A stretch of DNA of 64,000 nucleotides from NCBI GenBank assembly GCA_946965045.2, contig OX337229.1, forward strand, positions 2,356,001 through 2,420,000, read 5' to 3'. A program made the translations under genes and the position numbers. Each line of letters opens with the position of its first letter. The stretch's first letter is position 1. The notes under the pieces are model-generated. The model worked only from the letters and a program-made list of their open reading frames with translations, was not told the DNA's origin and did no database searches. Of the stretch, positions 1 to 12,316 are shown piece by piece. The DNA is from Epithemia pelagica. Taxonomy: Eukaryota; Protista; Bacillariophyta.

Positions 1-329
1 TGATGCAACTAGTCAGACAGGTGGAGCATCTCTTTTGCAAGTAGGTCAATTGGTCAGCCATACAAGGGCATTCTCCTGTAACAATGTCCATCCAAGTGGT
101 GCCTACCCTCACTGATGAAGAAAAGAGTCGACATTCTTTTCTTCAATTGCTCTCAGAAGAAACATATTGCTTGACAACCAGATGTTTCCGCGCGAGGAAG
201 GGGTTGTTCCAGTCATGAACAACCTGCTTACGCTTAAGAAAGATGATGCCGAAAGCAAGTTCGGCCAGAAATTTTTGGGAATGACTGTCTACTGGCACAT
301 TGCAGTTCGTGGAGGCATCAAGATTGGTC

Positions 330-932
330 AGATGAAGAAATGTGAAGATGCGGCCAAGGGCATGTTTGCTGATGACGATGAATAGCAACGAAACAAGAAA
401 AATTCCTGATGCACGAAGAGATTTCCTATACATGAAGAGTAGTTCTTTGACCAAGAGATTTCCCATACATGATGACGAGTAGTTTAAACCGAAGTAGTAG
501 TACAAAATCATATTGTTCTCATATAACACATCATTTTCTATAGATTACTGTCTTGGTGAGCAGCAGAAGGAGTTCACAAAGATCCTTGCTGATGCCTTGG
601 TCAAGGGACTGGCCACTGTTGGTGCAGCCCCTACTGCAGCGACTTCCAGCAGTGCTACAATGGAGTGCATGGATGTGGTGGAAGAGAAGCTGCAGCGCAT
701 GGACGAGAAAATAGAAAGTTTTTTCCCAGAAAAGCCATGTAGCTCGGAGAGTGCTGTACAGCGCTTTGAGCATTTCGACGTAAATCACAGGTTGGCCCTT
801 TTTGTAGGTTAGGTATGGCTCATATGCTTCTTGGTCCACTTCCAGTAACAGTTCAGCCATGAGGCCCTGGATCCATATCCGAGTGCATTCTATGTCAATG
901 CAGACATAGGTAATGGTTGTAATTTGAATCAC
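330..932 (-). pseudogene. Decayed Ty1/Copia reverse transcriptase fragment
   Basis: Minus-strand text KKGQPVIYVEMLKALYSTLRATWLFW resembles the Copia RT motif YV.L.KALYG.L.AA.LFW. LVKELLFMYRKSLR further on resembles the RT/RNase H connection. Frames are broken. Confidence 0.5.
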
Positions 933-2077
933 ACAGGATGGATAATATGTCTTGGCGCAAGCTTTTGGACTCTCCCAAGAATCACACTTGGTCTGTTGGT
1001 GACATAGTTGCGGTGAATTCTTCGATCATAATTTTCCTCAAGGATGGCTAAAAACTTCCAACATTCACAAGTCTGTGACCCGCCACTCTGTCGGACATGA
1101 AGATGCATCTGAACGAATCACGGTTTCCCTTTTGCGATCCATTGAAAGGGGAGGTTTTATCAAGAAACAACTGAAAACTCCAAAAAGATTACTAGCATGG
1201 TCGTTTCAGTATGAGAACTTGGCATATCCCTGGATTATATCATTGTAGTTCCATTCCTATATTGTAATCAATGCATATGAATCATGACACGATTATACTC
1301 CATAATACAATTCTCGAGAAATATTAGGCAGACTGAATTGTCCTTCATGACATCGTTCTGTCCAGTCACTCGACACGCACCAATACATATTTAGATTTTC
1401 TTCTTAGATAGGTGACCACCACCATTGTATGTCCAGGCTTGAACAAGAGATCCATGGACACTTGTATTGGCTTCACAAAATGTTGAGAGTCAATGGCATG
1501 AACAAAATGGATCAACATTTTGTTGCTATCAAATTATGAATCAAATGAAGTTAGAATAAGAGTTTATGGCTGCCAATTAATGGAGGAAGTCATTTCTATG
1601 TAATGATGTACTGTCTGTCTGCTTTTAGATATAATATGCAAAAACCCCACTCTCAGAACAACAACAAACTCTCACAACAGCTGTTCCTTCCTTTTATGCG
1701 AGGCAATATTCAGCAATTATTGGAAAATGATTGGAACCACATTGACACTCAATACAATGTTTCCGGACTCGAGAATGTTTCGGAACTGAGACAAAATGTC
1801 ATTCGACAAATCATGGCAAACAACTGCATTTCTTCAACCGATACCGGGTTCTATACACAAAAAGGAGTAATGGTGCAACGTGGTGTCTGTGCATACTATA
1901 TGGGAATGGATTTACCTTTACCTATCGGAACTATTATCTTGCCATCTGATCGACGAAAAATTAGTATCAACGTGAGCCCGCCACGACCACCATTAGAGGA
2001 GCGAAAACGCTTGGAGGAAGAACCACAAGAGGTGGAGTCATCACGATTGCGGGACTTGGCCTGGCACTGAATCGGTG

Positions 2078-2352
2078 ACATTCATTAGAGCATTGCTCAT
2101 ACTTTCAGTGGTCTGGTAATGGTTTTCGGCCTTATTCTGGTGTTGATGATAAGGTTCGGATCGATACTCCCCAATAAGCAAAGTGCGAAGGATGTCTTTG
2201 ACCTTGTGAGAGATGAGAGATGAACCACCATCGCTGATAAGAGTCTCCATGGCACCACGAAATTGGATGTTGTCCTGAAGAGTATTGACAATCTGTTTGG
2301 TCGACTTGATCCCATAGATATCAGTAACCAGAGTATTACGACCAACAAAGGC
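2078..2352 (-). pseudogene. Isolated Copia integrase fragment of the element A family
   Basis: FVGRNTLVTDIYGIKSTKQIVNTLQDNIQFRGAMETLISDGGSSLISHKVKDILRTLLIGEYRSEPYHQHQNKAEN is nearly identical to the integrase core in ORF 14244-15779. Confidence 0.85.
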
Positions 2353-2539
2353 CCAGGCGGAAGCACGGTGAACCAAACCCAAATTCACATGCGGAGCCGA
2401 CGGTGTGGACGGAGACGACGCCTGGTTGTCGGCAGCGGAGCGGGAAACATGTTGCTCGGTGGAGTGCGTCGTGTTGTCGCGACGGCACTTGCCACACCAA
2501 TACCACTGGACACCATCAACTTCTTTGGTATGGTCGTTG

Positions 2540-2815
2540 GCAGTGGTGGGAGAGATGGACCTGGGCTCGGTGTGGAATCAACACCAATCCTTTTTCTTGG
2601 CTTCCCAATCCCCGCGCTCCGACGATCCTCGCCAAGTGTTCCTCCATGATTTGTCGGCGGCTCTCCAGACTGCTTACGATGCCGGTGATCAAATCCTTTT
2701 GGCGATAGATGCCAATGAACCTTCCCTGTGGCAGCCGAATAATCCCATCGCCCAGTTTGCAGCTCGTTTCCTGCTGCACGATCTGCATCTTGAGCGACAC
2801 TCGCGGGCCGATGCT
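2540..2815 (+). pseudogene. Non-LTR retrotransposon (LINE) endonuclease fragment
   Basis: SVWNQHQSFF...DPRQVFLHDLSAALQTAYDAGDQILLAIDANE...LHDLHLERH resembles the APE-type endonuclease segment (…GD.IIL..DANE) of diatom LINE ORF2, recognised from memory. Confidence 0.5.
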
Positions 2816-3021
2816 CCCATCTTGCGCTTGCGCGACAGACACAAAAGCAGCAGCTGGTACCATCTTCCACAATTGCGGTTGTGGCAAACCGACCCCGCTG
2901 CCTCGCACCTTGAGGGTCCGATCGCCAAACAACACGAAACGCCAACAACAACAACAACAACAACAACACGCAACAATCCAACACGCACAAAAACAAAAAA
3001 TACGATTGACCAAAAATACGA

Positions 3022-3670
3022 TTGACCATGATGTTGAACATGAATACTTACTGTTACGAGGTGATGTGGAACCTTTTCATGCTCCTTCAGGAGCTGATGA
3101 AATGGGCTGAGTTCTGCGCTCCTTATGTGTTGTTGATTCTGTTTCTCTTCTTCGTTTACACCTTGAATGACTGGGATTTGCTCATCAAGAAGTTGCTTCG
3201 CCGACAAGAAACATCGGCACGAAAAGGCGGTCCTTCGGCAAGAAAAAGCTCAGCTTCAACAACAGCTGGCCATTGCTGAAGCAAAGCTTGCTGAGAAGCA
3301 CTGCGACTGCGAGCAGAATCGTCGTCACAAAGATGGAGAGATCGAGATTCGCGATCGCGAGGAGGCGGTCGACGTCGACACTGTTGCTGTTGTGCCTTGC
3401 GAGTTTGACGCTGACTTGGACTTCCCTCCTCTCGCACTCGCAGACGATCTCGAGGACGACGAGGAAGAGGAGACCCCTGCAGTCGACCGTCATCAGCCTG
3501 AGCCCGAACCTGCGCCCACGCACAACCGCGGCTCCCGGTCGATAGACACAATCATGGGTACCCCTACTCTTCAGGAATCTCCAAGTGGGTATCTTCCTTT
3601 CGGCAGTAGGTCGGTGGATGGTTATGATTCGTTTGACATCGCCAATCGTCCTCCGGCATCATTTCTTTGA
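3022..3670 (+). other. Possible frameshifted ORF of unknown function (hydrophobic N-part, coiled-coil, acidic tail)
   Basis: Overlapping ORFs 3022-3279 and 3167-3670, preceded by a short (CAA)n tract at about 2943-2966. No recognisable family. Confidence 0.2.
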
Positions 3671-3929
3671 GAAGCAACGAATTATTGCTATGTTACGTAC
3701 GAGAATGGAGAATTTGCAGATACACGGAGGACATGCCGAACGCATGAGAACGAAGCTGTCACAACGTGTTTGGGCTTCTCTGGTAGCGTCAAAGCATCCA
3801 AAATATGGCATCCATGGATGAGTATTTACTGGGAAACTGATCTATGTTTCACAGACTATGATCCATCCACATATCGATGTGGCAAACCAGTATTGTTGAC
3901 TGAGACTGGACAAATTGGTGTTATTTGTG

Positions 3930-4036
3930 AGGTGAATGAGGAAGGGGAAGACGGACAAGCAAAATTCGTTCGAGACATCAGTCAGGTGAATGAGGAAGGG
4001 GAAGACGGACAAGCAAAATTTGTTCGAGACATCAGT
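3930..4036. repeat. 54-bp tandem duplication
   Basis: AGGTGAATGAGGAAGGGGAAGACGGACAAGCAAAATTYGTTCGAGACATCAGT occurs twice head to tail. Confidence 0.95.
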
Positions 4037-7000
4037 TTCTTGGCTCTGTCCTCATCAACACGCGTGCAATGACCATTTCATGGCCTCAACACAAACAGGA
4101 CCAACTCATCATCTACCTTAAGCATGCGCTCGTTCGAACAGCGATGCATCCGATCGTGATCATGGTTCTCGTGCATCTGGTTTCGGTGGGAAGATTACCT
4201 CCACCTCCAATGACAAGATGACCGATGAGAGTGAAGCTCCGACCCCGAAGAACCAACCCAAACGTACCGTCAAGACTATCCTTAAGAAGTCATCCTTGTC
4301 TTCTACCCGTACGCCCTCCGCGGGCAAGGTGACAAAGGACTCTTCGATGTTGTCCCTTGACGATGATCCGATGGTGATCCACAAGTTGTCCCGTCGTTCT
4401 GATCTCTACAAGGCTCCTGTCCCGATCCTGCCGCCTAGCCCGTCTGTTCCAAGCGATTCTCACATCTGCGCCGGTTCCTTCCCAATTGCAGGCCTCGCAT
4501 ATCAAGGGTGTCCAGAATCACAACGCGGACCTTCTTTCCAGACCCACCACGGCACCTACGTGGGCGTCCGTTTTCAAGCTCTCCAAGCCAGCTCCCATCT
4601 GCTTCCTTGATGGTGCCAGTGCCCAAACAGGCACCCAAAGCACCTCCTATTGGTAAGTCCTCTCCAACACCATCCGGGATGCCGTCTTCGACGTGCTTCA
4701 ACACTTGGCTTCCCAGGCCTGCCTTGTCGATGATCACAGGGACGTCCACATTGAGCCACCCAGTCTTACACCTCAACACTCACGCACCATCAGGCCTGCC
4801 GACGTTGGTTTATTGTTACGTCACCTCCCATGACCACCCCACCCAAGATCTAGTTTCGCCACACCCATAACCTATTCTAGACAAACTAAAAACATCCGAC
4901 ATGTTCTCATTCTCAATCTCAGCAACAATGCCCGTAACCAAACCAATTCACAACTGTCAAGTACAGTTCGCACACATACTTGACTCATACAACTTTCCCG
5001 TGAATGGTCTTATCTTGATCATCCTCCGCCGCAGTACAATCATCCTCATCCTCCGTTGTATCATCCCTCGCCACAGTACAATCACCCCCTCAGCAGCATT
5101 ACCATGGACATCCTCCGTCCTACGATCAACCCTACTATGGAGGTTACCGGGGGGCACTACCTTCATCGCCCCATGATCAGCAGCAACAACAACGCACAAC
5201 CAATACCCCAAAGACTAAGAAAAATGTCCCCAAGAGTAAGCATCCGTTCCCTACAACCAATTGATCCATGTGCTGTTCGTTTACAACAATTGAAATCTTG
5301 TTTTGTACCACAAAAACCGGACCAAATCAAAAATTTGGCCGAAGTTATATGACAGAAAGGCGGGGAATACACAGTTCCTGGAAAGTGCACGATTATTCTC
5401 TGGGGGGCTACGGATGGATGGTAATTGTATCTACTGCGATGCACCATTTCCAAAGGCAACACAAACAATAACTCTAAAAATGGTGTATGAAATTGATCGG
5501 TGGCCCCAATTCATACAAGGATGCAATTTGAAATGCATCAATGACGATTGTGGAAGAAACTTCACACCACACAGAGAAGGAGGGTTCTACTTTGAAGTCC
5601 CAAATTTATCAAAATGAATCTGGCATGGGAGAAGTTGATGGATGATGCACCGAAAGAGATGTTTTTTAAAGGCAATTCCTAGAAACAATATTGGCCTTTG
5701 GCAACAACCTTTGGCAACAACCTTTGGCAACAACCAAAGCAGCAACTTGTGTCCTTAGGGAACACGGTTTGCTGGAGTGGAACACATGAAAGGCATTAGT
5801 CACATCAAAGTCTGCATGATCTTCAACTATGTTCTGCAGAATCTCGTCATGTGCTTTTGTTGGCATGTATGGGTGCCTAAGCACTGGGCAGTGAGAGCCT
5901 GACCATTATGTTCTGGTTCTGGTTCTAGTCAACCTCACTAGACATAATGCACGACCAATCCTGAGAAGGATCTGTGCAACCAAAAGCAGCCCAAATTTTG
6001 AAAGCATGTCTCTTCTGAGTGACAAGAGCAATCAACCCGAACAAGGTGCCATTAGAATCGTCTCGACAAGGGCTTTTCAGCGAGCCATTGAACATTGCAA
6101 TCCGACTTACAGGGTTAGGTAGGCAAGACGTAGGGTACTGGAAAAGGAAGGAAAGGCTGTTTGGGAGAGTGGATTTTTTGGCTGGTATCATGCAAGTAAG
6201 AAAGTAGTAGGTGCTTTGCTTCGGGAGACCGTTGGAAGAGGGGGTAGTTTATGATACTACACGTGCCTTGACAGCATCGGAGGGTGACAGGCGTGTGAGG
6301 CCACATGGGGACTGTTCTCATGCAACTGAGAGCGACTAGAAAACTGGATGTGGATAATTGGGATTCGATCTACCCAAGGTAGGGAAACAAAGGTAGCAGA
6401 GTATTTTGTCCAATGGCACAGTTTCCGGCTCTAAATGGAGGCAAGTTACCACAGAGTACCCAAAATCAGTGTATGTAACAGTTTTTGCCATAGAACAAAC
6501 TTGCGCATTTGTCATTTTCATTGATGCAGTCCGACTTGGATTGCACAGACCATGTCACCCTTGATGCACAGGTTAAATATTCGTCTCCTACAACACCATG
6601 TTGCCCTTGTTGTACAGTTACTCCATAGGTAATGCATTTCTCTCCTACAAGACCGACCATGTGTACTTCGAGGTAAATGCTTGTCGTTTTTGATGTACCT
6701 CCATATTGTTGACAATATGGGCGTCCATCTTCAGAATCAGGCTATTATTTCACTGTGTTACAAACCTACTTGCCTTCTTGATATATCCTCTTTGAACAAC
6801 AGATAACTATTTCCTTGATTTTGATTATTCTTGATATTTGTCACTACTGTTGAAGCAGAAGGTGCCCTTTTCCACCAGATACTCTTGTGATCAAAAAGGT
6901 CCAGATTGCCAATGATATTGCTGTCTTTGTCTTCATCTAGACAGAAGATACATAGATGTCATGCTTCGTCACTCACTGTGATTGAACATCAGAACATCAT

Positions 7001-8910
7001 TCTTGTGAGACAAGACAACCTTTCCAATGAGTCCAGGATGGGTCATTTTGATGTTGTTGTTTTTGTTGTATCTTTTAAACTTCACAAAGATTGTAGGGGA
7101 TCATGTTGCTTGCTGGATGTGCATTTCTTTGATGTGGATCAGAAGCACCCAACTCAGACATGGATTGTAGAAGCACTGTCATGGACAAACTCTCAACATA
7201 TCATCTATACCTGCACCTCTCTTTGCTAATGGGCAATGTAACTTCAAATCAACAAGAATTACTTCAGGTTGTAAAAACAATGTTGTCACCTTAGTCTTGT
7301 TCTGTACAGATAGAATGGAAAAGATCATATGTCAGCAGTGTATTCAGTATAGTTTGGTGCTTGCAATCACCATTAGCAAAGGAAAAGTCCATGGGAAGAT
7401 ATTGTTGTTGCGTGTCATCAAGACTGTGTCATCACTTGTGTAAATTATCACATAGCGTGACTTGTTATATCCAGACTTTGTCATATATCAATGGGACTTT
7501 GTCATATATCAGCCAATGGTACTAGGCTAGCAAACAGAACAACCATCATTGGACATGAACTACCAGAAAAGGCAAAAATAGCAAGAAAAGCTCCAAGAAG
7601 ACAACCAACAAATTACATGACCCATGAACACATCAAACAGAAGGATCAAGAAAGAAGAGAGGCCATTTTCACACAGATGGGAAAGCTTTTAGAATTGAGC
7701 TCCCCAGAGAGCTCGGATGCAAAAGAGGCCACAAAAAATCAAATTGATAGTCTCATAATCCGAAATAGCAACAAGTTTGTAAGCACCAGAAAACACAGGG
7801 TTTGAGTATTTCCAACACTTTAATTAACACGGTCAAAGTTTATTGAATATGTGACAATCATCTCCTTTCCTGGTATGAAAAGAGAACAATATTGAAGGAT
7901 TCTGGATGGAATAGATGACAATGTTGACATTTATTGGGAAAATGAAGAAGACAAGCACAATCATTTGAATGAAGTGTGCAAGGCAAATAAAAGAGGTTAT
8001 CATGAGCTGATTCTTGTAACCAGTGATATCTCTCTCACTGGTTGGAGAAGCCAAAACAGATCCACTGAAGAAAGGAGACCTTCATTTGGCATGGACAAAA
8101 CCTTTTTACTGTACTTTGCATCTGCACAGACCATCAATGGACGGGCAAAATGAACATAACTGTTGAAGTGGCCCGAATGGCTCGTCAAGAAAATGAAGAG
8201 CAACGTATGTGGGCTTTTCAATATCACAAATTCATCATGGATTCTGTGGCTGAAACAGTTAAGTTTCAGCATCCCTCCTTTGTGACAACCTTTCTATCAC
8301 CTTTTCTCGTCCCATTTATAATCAAGTTTGTAACAAGCAGAGGTGGCAACAATTGACAATCTCGGAAGCATCAAATTCTTGCTAAATGAAGAGTGGAAGG
8401 CAAATCAAAGAGGTTATCACTCTTGCAGCCAGTGAGAATAAAAAAAATGCATTGAAAAAGGAGTCGTGACCATTGATAATTGTGTACTGTGGTCGTGTCT
8501 GCACAATATGGCCCCGGGGGTCACTCGGGGGATTCAGAAGTGAAAACTGATGCGTCATGCGATCACGCACGCCCACATGCTCGTCATCACGCAAACTATG
8601 CATCCTGCATCCTCTGCCTTTCGGTACCCCTCAGATTTATTTATCGAAGGGGCCAAATGATCCCAGGAACAAGACAACAAACCAGTTACTTGCAGTCTTC
8701 TGCATCCAACCAAGACAATCTGGCTAGCCTATGCAGTCATCAGAAAGGGCCCATGATCACGTGGCATGTGATCTTGTCCCTGAACAGACGCCTGGGACCT
8801 GGACATCGCCCTGGATGTCCACAAGGATATATATGCCAGCTCCCTAGTGAGTCCTAGGCTCAAAGGACTGTTCAAAGAACAAATTTGTCCCACATAAAAC
8901 ATCTGGGCTC

Positions 8911-9293
8911 TTGACCATCCAGTTATCTGTCCCCCAATGAGACAACAAGATGAGGACTATCTTACTCTGGGATTTCAAGACTACCACGACTATCCCACGA
9001 CGACCTCCATGACCACCAGATCATGCCTATCACAGCTTCCCTGCATTCTCGTCTCACAATTTTCATCTGGACAAAGTTCAGAAGCAACCTAGACGACCTA
9101 CCGTCTTTTGACCATCCAGTTATCTGCCCCCCAGTGAGACAACAAGATGAGGACCATCTTACTCTGGGATTTCAAGACTACCACGACTATCCCACGACGA
9201 CCTCCGTGACCAGATCATTCCTATCACAGCATCCCTGCATTGTCATCTCACAAGTTTCATCTGGACAAAGTTCAGAAGCAACCTAGACGACCT
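8911..9293. repeat. About 197-bp tandem duplication
   Basis: The unit starting TTGACCATCCAGTTATCTG recurs at 8911 and 9108, with scattered differences. Confidence 0.9.
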
Positions 9294-9321
9294 GCCTTGC
9301 TACCTCCTACCCCTCCTCACC

Positions 9322-9890
9322 ATGGCTGCTGCTAATGCTCAGATCCATGCTGCGTTCACGTGATGGGTTTTTCCCATGAAGCCTCGACCTATACATCATT
9401 GATCATCAAGGTATATGATGTAAATCATCACCTCGTCCACCTCAATGACGACATTGTTGCGTCACCCTTGTGGAGTTTTGGAGCAGGTGGCGCCGGTGCT
9501 GGAGCCCACCTCGGAAACGCTATCAGAATCTTGGCAGAAGAAAACCTCAAGCTTGGCTGCTATCTTCTTGCTCGCCACCATGTTCGAATCAAGCCAGCTC
9601 GCCACCATGTTCGAATCAAGCCAAGGCGATTTGACCCTTCTGCGAACTTGAAAACAGCCATGAGGACCCCCAACGGCCTGAGATCAACTAGCGGGACTGG
9701 CCCCACACCATCAAAGCTATTGCCACACCATCAAGCTATTGAAGACTACCTTGCCAAATGCCTTGGAACTACGGGTATCACTCTCGCCTGTGTCATTCGC
9801 GATGAGGAGGAGATCCCGATCAACGATCCATCCAATGGTTATGAAACCCCTCAGTTGGAAATGATCGCTCTTGCCACAGGCGTGCTGACG
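9322..9890 (+). pseudogene. Decayed Copia gag
   Basis: MAAANAQIHAAF..MGFS, AEENLKLGCY, and IEDYLAKCLGTTGITLACVIRDEEE...YETPQLEMIA match the diatom Copia gag pattern (LG....PL.YVIR...EMIARAP). Disrupted by frameshifts and 20-27 bp duplications. Confidence 0.65.
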
Positions 9891-10169
9891 GACCAATTAC
9901 AAGACAGAACGTGCGAAACTGCAAGCAATTACGCAGAAGCATGACTGCTGGACCTACGTCCAAGCAGGAAAGAACATGCAAGATGGAGGAAATCATTCAA
10001 AGGGCTGCATGACCACTGCCTTGGTCCCAACTATGTAGATAACCTCGCAAACATGGCTCAAGGAAGTTGACGACGACAACCTACAATGGGGAGCGGAAGC
10101 GTTGGAACTTCGTAACGATCCATCAAACGTTGTTAATCTAGAGAATTAAAACGTTGTTAATAAATAGAA

Positions 10170-11558
10170 TTATAAAGCCTGAGAGCAGATAACCTGATAA
10201 AAATATTTTTTCGTGAAAAAGTTAGAAAGGAGGAATTGGCCGTACGCGCGGTCGATGCCAGTGTTTCCAAGGCCGCTCTTTTGTTCGTCGTCATCTTCAT
10301 TCTCTTCTCCAGTCGTGGTGTTGTCTTGATCATCGTCTTCTTCTTCTTCTCCTTCCTCCACGATTGCGGTCATTGCATAGAATTCGGAGAATGGGTTCTC
10401 CTTTCTTCCTCTTTTCGCTTCTCGTCGTGGGATAGATGGAGCTCGACGGAGGGGAGTTGGTACGTATCTTGAGCCAAGCGTGAATTCTTCGTTCATCGAC
10501 AAGGTGGAGAAGGTGTTTGCCGTGTCATCCTCTGCCATTTCCTCCAGTCTCACATGCTTTTGCTTCGTGAGCTCAAATTGACAGACGGTGGGTCTGAAAT
10601 GTTGACTGGAGGCGGAGTGGCGTTGCTTTGATTGAGAAAGGCAACGAATCGGTGGCGAGTCCCAAGCTCCTCTGAACGATGTTCCATGAGTCGAGCTCTC
10701 AAGAGACAGGGTGGCGGATCCGAGTTGATTTGGAGTTCTGGCCATTCCGGTCGGTAGTGGATGTGGATGATTGGGGATTCTGGTTCCATCAATGAACCAC
10801 CCAATGTACCATTCCTCCTTTCACACGTTGGTAGGCTTCTCCAATGGTGAGTGTTGGCTCTTGGTGCTGGAGTGCATAGATTGTATACTGAGCCCGCTCG
10901 TATCTCATCCCGTCTCTTTTTGCTTTTGCAGCTTCTTCTTCAAAGATTCGAGGGTCAAATGTTGGTCGATGAGTCGGTTGTGGCCGCATGGCTGCGGCCC
11001 AATCCTGCATGAGTTGAGATGCTGATCGAGGCGCCAGGTTCAGCCTTGGTAGTGCCTGTTGAGTAGGTGAGTCAATGGCCACAATCGGCGAAATTTCCGG
11101 TTCGTATGCAGCTGGTTTCTTGTCTAACTCCTTTTCATCTTTGCTTGCCAACCGTCCTTGTTGTAATCCCTTGATTGGAGTGATGGACACATCGTCGTCC
11201 GTCATTACAGAGCTCTCTTGCGTTGTGTCTTGGTGAGAGCTCATGGAGGTGTTGTGAGTCCTCATTTGTGTTGCATCGCTTTCGAAATTCAATTGCTCAC
11301 TGTCAAAACTTGCTTCGTCTTCTGCAGCATTTGCATAGACTTCGGTTGGGATCTGAGGTGGATCTCCGGCTCCTTCTTGGACTGACTTGTCGTTTGGCAG
11401 GTACCAAGAGTCGATGTTGTCCCATTGGTCGAAGTAGAGTGTGTTTGCCTCTGGTTCGAGGATTTTCATCGCTTCGTCGCTTGTTGCATCTTGAAAGGAC
11501 AAGTCATCGTTGCCCCCACAGCTTGAATCAACAATCAACCCGGTTGGGACTTTGTTGT
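10170..11558 (-). pseudogene. Element B, distal part of the post-gag polyprotein linker, truncated before a recognisable protease/integrase
   Basis: Removing element A plus one TSD rejoins ...VPTENN and KVPTGLIVDSS... in frame, linking ORF 19850-20296 to ORF 10789-11580. Confidence 0.7.
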
Positions 11559-12316
11559 TGATAAACTTCTCTCGATTCAACAGGGGTTAGACAGATAGTT
11601 AGGATAGGTAAAAGGCTCGCTGAGCCGACAATCGAATCACCAACCGATACAACAATCCTCCACGGGTCAGAGAAGAGTTGCAAGTCGAAGTCCGCCGTGG
11701 GTGGGGGCAGTCGGTCCACTGATAAGAGGTAAGTCTTAAGATGAGTGTTAAAATGGTGATATTAATGATTGTGAGACGATTACTAACTAAGGTGGTTGAT
11801 GGTGTCGAAGTCCTGGCTCTTGTATACAGCCATGGATCTGGTGTGATAGGTCCTCACTGGTTGGAGTAGACCGGCATTGGTGTGTATTGGATGTATAGGG
11901 TGATGGATAACATGTATGGGATGCAACAGCTCTTGCTTTGTCGTGGTATAAGTCTTGTCCTGGGCGCGTTGCTGTTTGCATTCTTGGATTTGTGGGAACA
12001 GAGATATGGTCTCGCGTGATCGTGATTCGTGCTTTGATTACATAGACCGTTAGGTCGAATCGTGGATGCGCGTACTCGGATAGTAGAGGCGCGCACTTGA
12101 TAGTTTTGGGCGCGCACGTGTTGGGCCATAGTTAATATCCGAGTGGTCGCCGATAACGCATGCACTGCGAGCATGCCGTGGCCAAATTTATAGTTTCGCG
12201 AGCATGCCGACATTCTTTTCTCATTTTTAGGAAAATGTCATCGGATGCCTTAAAATACTAGCATCATTCGATGAGTTGTAGGTTTCGCCACCTAGTTTTC
12301 GGTGAGAATCCTAACA
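11559..12316 (-). repeat. Element A 3-prime LTR (758 bp)
   Basis: Direct repeat of 19098-19855 at a constant offset of 7539. TG start follows the PPT. Confidence 0.97.

Noticed and set aside
1603-2070. 155-aa ORF
   Set aside because: No recognisable motif, and its end runs into the integrase fragment junction. Cannot be supported as a gene.
5620-8480. Possible Helitron or other transposase remnants in AT-rich DNA (also 30.7-35.7 kb)
   Set aside because: Manual translation gave no diagnostic motif, so the regions are left unannotated.
11528-12213. Duplicated 63-119 aa ORFs (also at 19326-19752)
   Set aside because: They lie inside the LTRs and recur only because the LTR is duplicated. No protein motifs.
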